Shown here piece by piece: positions 39,213 through 49,993 of a DNA stretch of 64,000 nt. The stretch lies in the NCBI GenBank assembly GCA_010015585.1, contig ML975151.1. The stretch is one strand, 5' to 3'. Under the pieces are notes generated by a model that saw nothing but the letters and a program-made list of their open reading frames with translations, searched no databases and was not told where the DNA came from. This stretch comes from Eremomyces bilateralis CBS 781.70 (lineage: Eukaryota). A program made the position numbers and the translations under genes. Every line of letters starts with the position of its first letter. Position 1 is the stretch's first letter.

Positions 39213-41903
39213 TTATCCAACCTTTGTCCCCTTGGTACCGTTCACAATCTTCTCAGCGTTCCCTATACCTGTCTCAACGTGCTCCGCGTCCATCTCACCG
39301 TCCGTGCCGTAGATCACTTCCGCCACATTTCTATACCCGCCCTCCTCTTCTCCTCCACTGCTGCTGAAATCGTCATCCCAGAACACCCGACTCTGGTTCC
39401 GGAGCTCATTGAGGACGGAGTGCTTGGACCCCCGCCGATGATCTGTGACTTCGTCCGATGGCTCGTCGGGGTGGTCCAGGATACTGTTCTCGTGTGCGGA
39501 CGGGTTGCCCCGCAGCTCGAACATGCTCAGCGCCCGATGGTTCCCGGACCGATATAGCCCGGACCTCTTTTCTGCCTTACGGGAAGACGGGTTGAAGATT
39601 GAGGAGAGCCGTTCGGCGAGCGTTGGGCTCTTTTGCCCGCCTCTTGGCTCTTCCGTTTCGGTTTCGGACTCGTTGGTCTGCCCATCCCTGCCGTCTTCTG
39701 GTTCGCTTCCGATGATGTCGTCGATATTGCGGAGGTGAGAAGTCGGTATACGAGAGTTCAAGGGGGATGAAGCTCCCGACTTCATAGTGCCCCTCGCTCT
39801 GCTTCCAGACGCGTGCGCACCGCCAAAATGGAACGCATCCTCATCATCAGTGTTATCACTAGTAACAGCAGCAGGAGCGAGATTGCTCGTCTTGCGGACT
39901 TCCTGGAGGAGCGTCTGCAGGTCCTCTTCGGAGAGCATGCGAGAGGCAGCTAACGGACGGCCATCATTAGGGGAGCCCACGATACGGGTCGCGCGGCGAC
40001 CTTCGTCGATGAGCCGTTCGATTTTCATGCGGTTCTCGATGAACCGGAGTTTCGGCCAGGTGCTGAGCATACCCATGCGGATCATGCGAGCTAGTCGCTG
40101 GGGCGTTGGGTCGCTGAGGATGTAGACGAAGTCTGAAGGCACGCTCTTGGGCCATATGGTGATGGTGCCGCTGAAGAGCTGGAGCCAGATTTCCGACCAG
40201 TCCGTGCCCAGCGGTCGAGGAAGGAGTTCGAGGTGACGGAGGACTTTGAGCCATTTAGTGAGGTCGAGCTTGAGATACTGCTCGAGAGCACTGCCAAGGA
40301 AGCCGCCTCGCCAACCGCGTCCACGACGATGGGTGACGGGGCGTCCGACCGTTCCTCGAGAGGAGAAGAAGAATAGGTTGATGTGAGGATTGACTTGGGA
40401 GACGATGGTGAAATTGACGTTGAAATGAAGGTTGAGAGAGCGGATTGGGATATCGGTGCGGAGCGAGCCATCTTTCCACTTGTGGCCAAAGCTATAGGGA
40501 GTCAACATCTCTTTGCCGTGCTTGTCGCGGGTTTTCTTCATGAGCACGACGGGATTTAGGATTCCAGGGACGGCTGCGGACGCAATAACAGCGGACCAAA
40601 TGACACAGTCGGGGGCTGTAAGGTAATTTGCTAGGATCGCAGGCGAGTGAGGGTCTGAGGGAATGCAAGAGACGTTCAGGATTCGGCCAGTTCGCTCGAA
40701 TGCCTCCTTGAACGTTGTACTGCCCCGAGTGAACCATGAACATCGTTCTGCCCAGTCCACAGCATCGAATCGCGCTCCCGTCCGCCACCAGCGAGTAACC
40801 CATGTTCGAATATCGTCATGGCAGGCAGTGATTTTGTGGGCCAGTGCTGGTACCAAGAGCTTTTTGAGCTCGTCATCCGTCCGAGTCGCCAAAAGGGCTG
40901 CAACGAGAGCTCCTCCAGAGGTTCCTGTTAGGACTTCCGGGAACAGGTTGGCATCTACCAACGCCTTCGCCACTCCAAAATGATAATACGCAAAACTTGC
41001 ACCTCCAGATAAGCACAAGGCGGTCCGACCAAAGTTGACTCGGAGGTGACGGAAGAAGTGTCGCTTCGTGTCCGGATCGATCTGGTTTGATTTGATTATA
41101 AAGGTCAATGATCGTTCTAGTTCATCAAGATACGACTGGACTAGATTTTTCGTTCCATAGTATGACTCGCTGTAAAGCCTCGGGTTCTCCGTCCCAGCAA
41201 AATTGTTCTTAACACAGGCCTCTAATAAGCTCTTTAGTTCGTCGATCGGCCGTGGATCAGGCCCGGATGGTCGAGTTTCATCGGCCTCGGCGTTCTGCCG
41301 GAACTCGATCAGATGGTCCCGTACTCTTTTGACGGTTCGATGATCATAGTATGCGTATTGGTCCCGGCCCTTCCACGCTTCGTTTCCAAGGTGTGCATCG
41401 AGATGCTGTGCAGCAGCCTTCCACCCCGGATATGTTGTAGTGTTCCTCAACTTGTTTCGAAGTCGGCCCCGTTTGCCTCTCCACGCGAATAGTTTCTCGT
41501 ACCCAAAGATATACACTCGGGTGACTAGGTATGCGATGCCGAGCCAAAGCAGCCACCCAAGGACGAATAGCAATAGAGGCCACTTCAGCAAAGTATAGAC
41601 AAACCCTTCTCTTGTCTCGTCGGCCCCACGCCTGTCTGGTCTTCTTCGTTTTCGTACACGCTGTCGGATGGGTCGCCAATCATTTAAGGCGGTGATGAAG
41701 TGAGGATATTGTGTTTTCGATGAGTCTGGGGTATCTTGGAGATCCTCGTATGCTGTCGACGGTTCGGGAGCCACCAGGGCCTTTGCGAACTCCGTTAGTC
41801 CTTCATCATCAATGAGCTTCTTCTCATTGTCGGGCAGGACGGATGGATCGAAGTCGGCCTTGGTGAACATAGACCGGTTCTCCGATTCTCCGTCGTTCTT
41901 CAT
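39213..41903 (-). CDS. Patatin-like phospholipase / Tgl3-4-5-family lipase, intronless
   Basis: FGRTALCLSGGA, nucleophile GTSGG, SAAVPG and KWKDGS, with an N-terminal hydrophobic segment and an acidic disordered C-terminus. Confidence 0.92.
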   Translation of the reverse strand: MKNDGESENRSMFTKADFDPSVLPDNEKKLIDDEGLTEFAKALVAPEPSTAYEDLQDTPDSSKTQYPHFITALNDWRPIRQRVRKRRRPDRRGADETREGFVYTLLKWPLLLFVLGWLLWLGIAYLVTRVYIFGYEKLFAWRGKRGRLRNKLRNTTTYPGWKAAAQHLDAHLGNEAWKGRDQYAYYDHRTVKRVRDHLIEFRQNAEADETRPSGPDPRPIDELKSLLEACVKNNFAGTENPRLYSESYYGTKNLVQSYLDELERSLTFIIKSNQIDPDTKRHFFRHLRVNFGRTALCLSGGASFAYYHFGVAKALVDANLFPEVLTGTSGGALVAALLATRTDDELKKLLVPALAHKITACHDDIRTWVTRWWRTGARFDAVDWAERCSWFTRGSTTFKEAFERTGRILNVSCIPSDPHSPAILANYLTAPDCVIWSAVIASAAVPGILNPVVLMKKTRDKHGKEMLTPYSFGHKWKDGSLRTDIPIRSLNLHFNVNFTIVSQVNPHINLFFFSSRGTVGRPVTHRRGRGWRGGFLGSALEQYLKLDLTKWLKVLRHLELLPRPLGTDWSEIWLQLFSGTITIWPKSVPSDFVYILSDPTPQRLARMIRMGMLSTWPKLRFIENRMKIERLIDEGRRATRIVGSPNDGRPLAASRMLSEEDLQTLLQEVRKTSNLAPAAVTSDNTDDEDAFHFGGAHASGSRARGTMKSGASSPLNSRIPTSHLRNIDDIIGSEPEDGRDGQTNESETETEEPRGGQKSPTLAERLSSIFNPSSRKAEKRSGLYRSGNHRALSMFELRGNPSAHENSILDHPDEPSDEVTDHRRGSKHSVLNELRNQSRVFWDDDFSSSGGEEEGGYRNVAEVIYGTDGEMDAEHVETGIGNAEKIVNGTKGTKVG

Positions 41904-42096
41904 ATCGGTATTCTCCAGGTGAGAGAAACGATCATTTTCAGGCTCGGCTAGGGAGCTGGATCAAGGATATAGGGAATCAGCAGGTCACGCATCATTTCAT
42001 TCAGCATTCACATGCGACGTTATTCTAATACATTCCACATCATCCAATCATGGAGATTGGAGAGTGACTCGCGGAGTGACGTAGCTGAATGCTATT

Positions 42097-42128
42097 TTGT
42101 TGCCTTGTTGCCTTGTTGCCTTGTTGCC
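42097..42128. repeat. (TTGTTGCC)4 tandem repeat
   Basis: Four perfect copies. Confidence 0.9.
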
Positions 42129-42141
42129 GTATTTATGCAGC

Positions 42142-42413
42142 GTGCAGCGTGCGGCATGCAGCAGCATCCGGAGGGGGCGAAATTGAGTTACATCTTTTGG
42201 CATTCCCCCAACCATCACAGGCAGGCCCAATTCGCTCAAAAACAGCATAATACCAAAAAGTATACTCTTTTCCTAACTAAGCAACTACTAGAGGTCTGTT
42301 TTGGTGAATTCTCCGCCGCGTTCTGGTTAAGATCGTGGGAACTGTGCTAAGGGGAATGCCAAGAAAGGTAACTCAATTTCGTCCCCCCCAGAGGCAGCTG
42401 CAGCACGCAGCAC
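42142..42413. mobile_element. Degenerate foldback / MITE-like inverted repeat
   Basis: 42171-42208 matches the reverse complement of 42351-42388 at 33/38 positions, and weaker similarity extends outward to 42142 and 42413. No convincing coding capacity and no clear TSD. Confidence 0.6.
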
Positions 42414-42859
42414 AGACTGGACCTTCCAGCAGACAGCCTTCACCATTCATACAATAAAATAGCCATCACAGGCATCAATACCGGGTGCGCACCCGATGCG
42501 TACCCATCAATACCTACTGACACGTGACCCTACCCGCCTTTTCCAAATCCATGCCCCCGATTTCATCCCTTTTCATTGCTCAATACGGATACGGAGTAGT
42601 ATCACCAGTTATCGAGTGGGTGAAGCCTGCGCCACCATTGATCTTTCGAACTCTTTACTCAGGGATTCCTTGTTTTCCCGGTTAGCAAGTTCGTATTAGA
42701 GAATGAGACTCCTGTTCGTCTGGCCTGATGCGGTTTATTAGCATTCCGTCTCACTCAGCTCAAGTGTCCCTGATGGAAACCTGAACCTTATTGAAACTTC
42801 AACTGGAGACTTGATCACTTATTAGTACCTCGTCTTTTCGGACAGGAAGATCATCGATT

Positions 42860-43360
42860 CCCTTGTTTTATCAATGTTCCTACTGGGTTCTATATCCATG
42901 TTTTCATCCAAAAGTAACACGACAACAACAAGTTCTTCGCCATTCATGTTTCCTCGTGCGACGATGGGGTGCCGTCCAATATCTTTCGGCCCCATGAATG
43001 TGCCAGCAGCCCGAGTCCCAGTCTGCCAGCATCAAACTAATGCAATCGGTCTATAGCCTTGGACGAGAATTTCGGACATTTGCTTCGGCTCTCCGCAGTG
43101 CAGATCACTCGACTTGATTGTACAGTATTCAATGCATGATTGACCTCGAAAAGCGCTGATATGCTGGATCAATGGTTTCTCCGCCTGTGACCCCTGAGAC
43201 TCCTTAATGCAACATCGGTTAGAGTCACTTTTCCGTTCCATAGATCCTCCAAGAAAAACTCCCTTTGCCGATGAATATGTTTATCTCAAAGTCAATTAGA
43301 AGTTGCTTCCATTCACCATTGTGGTTGTCGCCCTTGGCACATGGAGATGTAACCCAATTT
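42860..43360 (-). pseudogene. Possible decayed ankyrin-repeat gene fragment
   Basis: The minus strand reads PKDIGRHP...NGEELVVVVLLLDENMDIE and TSPCAKGDNHNGEWKQLLIDFEINI, both loosely ankyrin-like and interrupted by stops. Confidence 0.25.
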
Positions 43361-44258
43361 GCATTCCAAAACGCCCGCCAAGTACTCTTGCAATTGTCGC
43401 CGCGACGTTTGTCTAGTCTAGCTGGCCTTCTCATTTTGTGTTCTGGCTAGAAATTCATTTTCAAGGAAGAGCGGCCGGCCAAGTTTCCTGATATAATTGT
43501 GTCAACTGTGGAATGTACAGTACTGATTGGATCAGGGTTTCGATAACCAGACACCTGTCAAAGCTATGATCTACACCACCGCCCTACCATTGACAAAAGA
43601 GGTCAACAGATAGTCATCGCTTCTCGTGGATCGATAAACGGCGCATGCCGACAGCCTACCGGTTATAGATCCTACTGAATAGATCTCGTTTATGTTTCTA
43701 TTCATCTCCACTGCCTACTTTGACCGGTACGAGTGGTTTCTCGAACCGCTTCCGTACCGATGTGGACTTGAAAATTTTCCTGCTTTCCACTAATGCCGAG
43801 GGACCTACCGCTCAGCCCCGAATGCTCGCTGCCACCAAATGCGCCGTGTAGCGGCGCGGACTTCGGATAATGAGACTGGGTGGCAATATGCTGAGCCTTG
43901 GGCTTCTCACCACTGTGGTCTCCTCAGTCCTCCCGGATGCACAAGGTAGTCATTTCAAGCTGATCTACCGCATGATTGTTGGAGCCATGTGTCTCCAACG
44001 ACAAGCAACGCATATAGTGGCAGGATGGCGCATTAGACCAGCTATCAGCCGCAGCGTGATTTAAAGCGTATGCCTTGATAGGATCTGATGCCACTGTCGT
44101 CCGGACGAAGTGGTGGTGCGGAAAATAGACCTGGGCTACCCTTTACTTGAAGCGAGGCTCATAAATTCTGAAGTATGCCCTACTTACGCGACGCTCGACT
44201 CGAAGGTATTATCTTTGGAATGATTTTAAATCAGAAATCCAGCTACTGCTGAACCAGG

Positions 44259-46496
44259 ATGCCAATGTTTTGTTTCCGATGTTTAAGTCTTCGTTCTGTT
44301 GATCTTGTCCAGTCGCCCATAGTGTTTCCACCCCTGATTCTCGTGGCTCTCTTCTTTGTCATATATGTGCTGTGGAAACGATCAACTCGCCCAAATCAAA
44401 TTCCGCCAGGTCTCAAACCACTTCCCGGTCCAAAAGGTATGTGCATTCCTTCCATATCACCGTCGAAGCTTTGCCGCCACCTGTGGCGGATCTTCAAATT
44501 CATCGAAGCACGTATGTAACCAGCGACTAACACGGTCTGGAGGTCTTCCTATCATCGGCTCTGTTCATGAAATTCCAGAGAAGTTAGGATGGATCAAATT
44601 TGCGGATTGGGGAAAGGAGTATGGTCCAATATACCAGACTAACCTTGCTGGCAATAACCATGTTTGGATATCGACAGACGAGGTTGCCCGTGACCTCTTG
44701 TCAAAGAAGTCCGCTATTTATTCCAATCGGCCTCACATCCCAGCGCTTATCGATGACAATCGCTCGAGCGCACAGTATCTGCCGCTGCTGACCCGAAACG
44801 GTAAGATCTGGTTCTTGTGATAAAGATCTATCGGCTCACGTTCAAATGCAGATAGTTGGAATCGCCAGCGCAAGTTCGCCAGTCATATCATGCGCGATTC
44901 CGAGAAACACAGCTTCCACCATTACCCGGAGCTAGAATCAATTCGCCTATGTAAAGAGCTTATGGATGATCCGTTGCGGTATAATCATGCGCTGGAATCC
45001 TTCATTTCTCGTGTGACCTGTCGTCTTGCTTGGGGGCATAGCGAAGCGGCAGACGAGCTTAAGCAACGAGCTCGCGAACTACTCATTGGGGTCTCTCCAA
45101 CTGGAGCGCTCGGAAACAAACTCCCCTTCGTTATGGCACTTCCTGACTGGCTTTCTCCCGCCAAAGCTTGGGAGCGACGTCGCGCAAAAACCGAGCGAAA
45201 GTTCTTTCAAATAATGCAGAGCACTGTTCTCCGAGAGATGGACGAGAGGCGCGCTGCCCCATCTTGGACCAAACTGTTCTACGATGACCCAAAGCGACAC
45301 GGATTTACTGGAGAACTTGAGGGAGCGTATGCTGTGGGGATGCATGGTATTGCCGGTGCATTGACGATCGCCGCTCCGATGCAATCATTCCTTCTTGCCA
45401 TGTGCCACTACCCGCAATATCTCCCAATGCTGCAGGAAGAGCTGGATCGCGTTTGTGGAGACCGTCTGCCAACCAACGCTGACAAGCCGAATCTACCATT
45501 TTTAAGGGCTTGTATCCGCGAATCCATTCGGTGGCGCCCTCCAGTGCCAACAGGTATTGTCAAAATGTGCCGTACCCTGGAATTAAATGCTGACAATTGC
45601 ATTAGGTATCCCACACGCTCTTGCTGAAGATGACGAATACAATGGCCACTTCATTCCCAAGGGCTCTGTTATACACCCGCTTGAATGGTAAAGCTCCAAT
45701 CGAAATCAAAGACACCAGAGCTGTATAGCTAATTCACTACAGGTCAATTTGCCGAGACCCTTCCATCTTCCCGGAACCTAACGAGTTCAACCCCTTGCGA
45801 TGGGTGAAACCCGAGTATCCAACCTATAAGGAGCCACTGACTCAGTATCCCATTCTGCTGAACATGACCCAGTTTGGTTACGGTCGACGAATCTGTCAAG
45901 GCCAGACGGTCGCTGAAGCAGACATGTGTGCCGGGATCGCTGCCATGGCCTGGCTCTTCGACATCTCCAAAGCCGATACAGGGCTCAGCACGGATGATTC
46001 TGAAGACCTTACCGGCTCAGAGTCCGAAACGAATGAACAGGCGACGATCAAGCCTGTCAAGGAGCTCCACCCCATGGGAAACAATAAAGCAACTATCTCT
46101 AGTGAAGAGCTGAACACAGGTCTTTCAGCGCACTCCTCGGATGACGAAGACGCAGACGTTTTGTCTATTCGCCAGCGTCTTTCAGTCCCCGGCTCTTTCC
46201 CACATCCAACAGAGCAGGAACTCCGTGACGCCGCACTTGCAACTCGACAGAAGAAGCGCGAGGCTAGGCTCAGGGCCAAAGCGCAAGCAGAGGATCCAAC
46301 GCTCATTTTCACGACCCTCCTCATCGCGAAGCCACTGCCGTTCAAATTCAGCATGAAGATCCGCAGTGAGAAACGCGCGGCATACATCCGGCAACTGTTT
46401 GAGGAGAAGCGGTCAATGGGGGAGTTCGTCCCTGAGGCGGAGTACTGGGGTTCGGACCATGGAAAAGGCCAAGAACTTGGCTGGAACAAGGTCTAG
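44259..46496 (+). CDS. Cytochrome P450 (CYP64-like group I) with atypical I-helix and a C-terminal insertion; multi-exon
   Basis: TM anchor, PLPGPKG/LPIIG, YSNRP, IAGALTI, ESIRWRP, FNPLRW and FGYGRRICQG. The start codon is uncertain. Confidence 0.9.
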
Positions 46497-46858
46497 CCAT
46501 CGTTTTCATACATCTACCTTGTTCGGAATGCCGTGGAGATCGAGAGGATCCAGTGTGCAATATCCTGGGGTTTTTGCTCATACATTGGCTGGCATTTTAT
46601 TATGATTGCGGACTGGATCGATTCTTACTAGGTAGATGTGACTTTAAGGAATCAAATGTGCGTGTCCAAAGAAAGAGAGAGACTTATTCTGCGCCTCTCA
46701 AAACGGAGTGACTATCCAATCCACTCATGCTGAGATACGGGGGATGTCCCCTTTCCCATCCTTTACCAGGACACTATTACAATCACCTAGCCTGGTTCAG
46801 TTCTTAATGCATAAATCGAGGACGAAGTCATACGCCGAACCGCCCTTGACATCGCCGC

Positions 46859-48869
46859 TCATGAGATGAAGCCAAACTTTTCCTCCCCTCTCCTGACAAA
46901 TCGTAATGGGATCTTCCCCTTCCGCAGCTGGATGGTCAATATCGTCTTCATCTCCTTAATAATGAGGTCTTCCCCATGTTCCTTCGCTTTCCACCATACA
47001 TCCCCCAGTTCCTTTCGCCCTTGCTCTCCTCCCGCCAGCATACGCTCCACCTCTGCGTCACTGGCCCACTCGTCCACCGCCAGCTCTACGGAATATTTCT
47101 GGAAAATCACCGCCATTGTCGCGAGGATCTCGACCTGCGCGAAACGACGCCCTAGACAGCTCCGGAATCCTTCGCTGAAGGGGATGTAAGCTCCTCTGGT
47201 GGGACGGAAGAGCGTATTCGCTGTGTCCGGGTTCGTGTTGACACCAAGGTCTTCCGATTCCACCGTGGCGTCGTCATTGTCTTTTATGGGAACTGCGCTC
47301 GGATCCAGGATCCATCTTTCTGGCTTGAATTCCTCCATATCGTTGTCCACGTTGCTCTTCGGATGTGCTGGACGTTTTGGGTTACGTGGAGGGCCATTTG
47401 GCCAGTACTTTGGGTTGCGGTGCGCCGTCGTGGCCGAAAGGACGATGTACAAGTTACGAGGGAGGATGTGCACCTTGCCATTCAGGGTGAGCGGTTGACC
47501 GACATCCTCAAGTACGGTCTTGGGGATACCAATCACTGGTGGGATGAGACGGAGAGTCTCGTTCATGACGGCGCCGACGTATCCGCCAAAGAGTGGGTTC
47601 AGATCGTTATCATAATCCCATTCACTAATGGGTCGGCCTTGGAAGATGTTGTCGAGCTCCTCTTGAAGGTGTTTCTGACACCATGGGTTAAGTGCGAGGA
47701 AGAGGAGGACATGGAAGAGCGTGTTGGCACTTGTTTCATGGCCAGCAAGGGCGAAGACAAAGGCGTTGCCCAGGATCTCAGACTCGCTGAGACCCGCATC
47801 CGCTTTGCCGTAGTTTGGTGTTCCCGGGATAAGACCAGAGCCATCGATCATTGCACCCATGACATCGAGACCCCAGTCGCCTTTTTCCGAGGCAATTCGC
47901 TCCTTTTTCTTCTTCTGATACATCGACTCCAAATATTTGCCCCACTCTGTATACGCAAGTTGGGTCTCGCGGAGATAACCCCATGGGGAATATTCTAAGT
48001 AACCGTCAGCATAAGGTCCTGCAATTTCAGATCCTAAAAGACGAACTCATGAACCAGCTTGGGAACACAATGATGGGGATAATCCGATGAAGCAATATGT
48101 TCATGCTATCCACATAACTCATCTTGTGTCCCTCGGGAACCATGCTCGTGTTCATGGCTCCTTCTGCAATCGCCTTCTCGTCATTGTCATTAACACCCGG
48201 CCAAAGGCATCGGACGTTGAATATCGCTCGGCTAATAACGTGTAGCGTCTGCTTCATGGTATCGGAATGGGCATTCTGTATCGTCTGATTTCCCTTTCCG
48301 TCTTTGCCCACCCAAGACGTTAGCATCGCCGCCGCTTGGTATATGCTCTCTTGCCAAACGAGCCGATTGTTCTTCTCCGTAAACGGCGGGCTCGTTAGTT
48401 TCCGATGCCTCCGCCAGTCGTGTGCCTCGGTCGTGACGACGTTCTTTCCGAAAACATCTAACGCGGTGTATTGTGCTAACGGTTTGGGGAAGTGGGATCG
48501 CCTCGCCGCGATTTGCGTAATGACGGCCGGGTCTGCTGTGATAAGTATCGATCTCCCCGGCGCCGCGAGGATGTAGGTGTCAGATTTGAGTTTCTCATGA
48601 GGAGCAAATCCCTCGAGCCACAGGGAGTCATCGTAAATCATGTCGATCCAGTCGTCGGTCATCGACGTCGGAAGAAGCTTGCGAATGATGGGAAGCCATA
48701 GTCCACAGGTTGCCATCCAGAAGCGCGTGTATGGGTAAAGGGGCAAGGCTATGTAGGGGAATCCAGACGCTTTGGCGAGTTGGCATGACTTTCGCCAGGA
48801 AATCGCCCAAGTCACGACCCAGTAAACGGCGTAAGAAAGGACCGTGATACCTAGCCCGACAAGCTTCAT
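46859..48869 (-). CDS. Cytochrome P450; 2 exons
   Basis: TM anchor MKLVGLGITVLSY, FPKP, WRRHRK, LAGHETSA, ETLR, FKPERW and PFSEGFRSCLG. Intron at ~47996-48047. Confidence 0.92.
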
Positions 48870-49993
48870 TGTGATTGTTGGACCTTCGGAACTGACTAGA
48901 TTGGAAAGGAAGTGTAGAATGATAGTTATCACATTTCGACACACAAACAGGAAATGGGAATAGGGTAACTATGACTGCGGGGATAAGAAATGTCGAGAAG
49001 ATCAAAGGAGACGGAAGGCTGGACAGATTGAGTGAGAGGTGGTGGCGCCTCCCCCCATGATATCGATAAGTACTGGGTTAAGGTATTAAGGACCTGTAGA
49101 CTGCGGTAATGACTGAAGGACTCCGTACAGCTTTGGATCTGATTCATTCAACTACAACCGAATACCGGAGAGCCTGAAAATTGCAAGGTTTCCAAACGCC
49201 ACGAGTCTTGGGTTTGGGTCCTGGGAACACAATCCGACCTTCCCCCCACCTCTCTTAGCGAACAATAGCGAACAATGGCGAAGGTTTGCATATACGGTTA
49301 CTGGAGCTGACCGTGTCATCTAGTACATCCATGATCCGCTTCGGCTGAGCAACGTCGCTCAGGCAGACCTAGTTTCCTTACGGTTACAGGGAAGGGAGGT
49401 TGGCTGGGAAGTCGGCATGCGGCTCGATTCGAGGAGGAATGTCGTCGCTTACATTAAGAAAGTACTGGTTGACATGTCCAAATCATGTTGACCACAAGAG
49501 ATATGCTTCATTGTAGGTGGGGTAGAAGCGAAGTCAACCCACCCAAGGTACAGGTATGAAGTATGTATGTAGTATAAATTTGGAATGTGTATCAACTAAT
49601 ATAAGTTGGACTTTGTTGACTCAATTGTGGTGGTGCTGACGCGTGAATAATATGGACCCCCACCTCAATCATACGATATTGGGTAGGACATGCTGTGCCT
49701 TCATCACCACCCCCAATCACTGACCCGAGAAAGATAATGAGCGCAATGGTGTTCAAGTTTCACAAAGACCTTTCCATTAATTGCATAGATGATAGAATGC
49801 ATGGGGTATTGAGCAAGTGATCATAGGCCGCCCGAGTCCATGCAAGAAACGCATGCCACACTCCGAGTTATCCATCCAACGCACATGCCAATGCTGTCCG
49901 ATACCCCCCATGCTGGCCATGCAGAAGTAGAAGCCAAACGAAACAAAACCTCGCTGAAAATATGCTAATGATCTGTCCTCCTCACCAGCGGCG

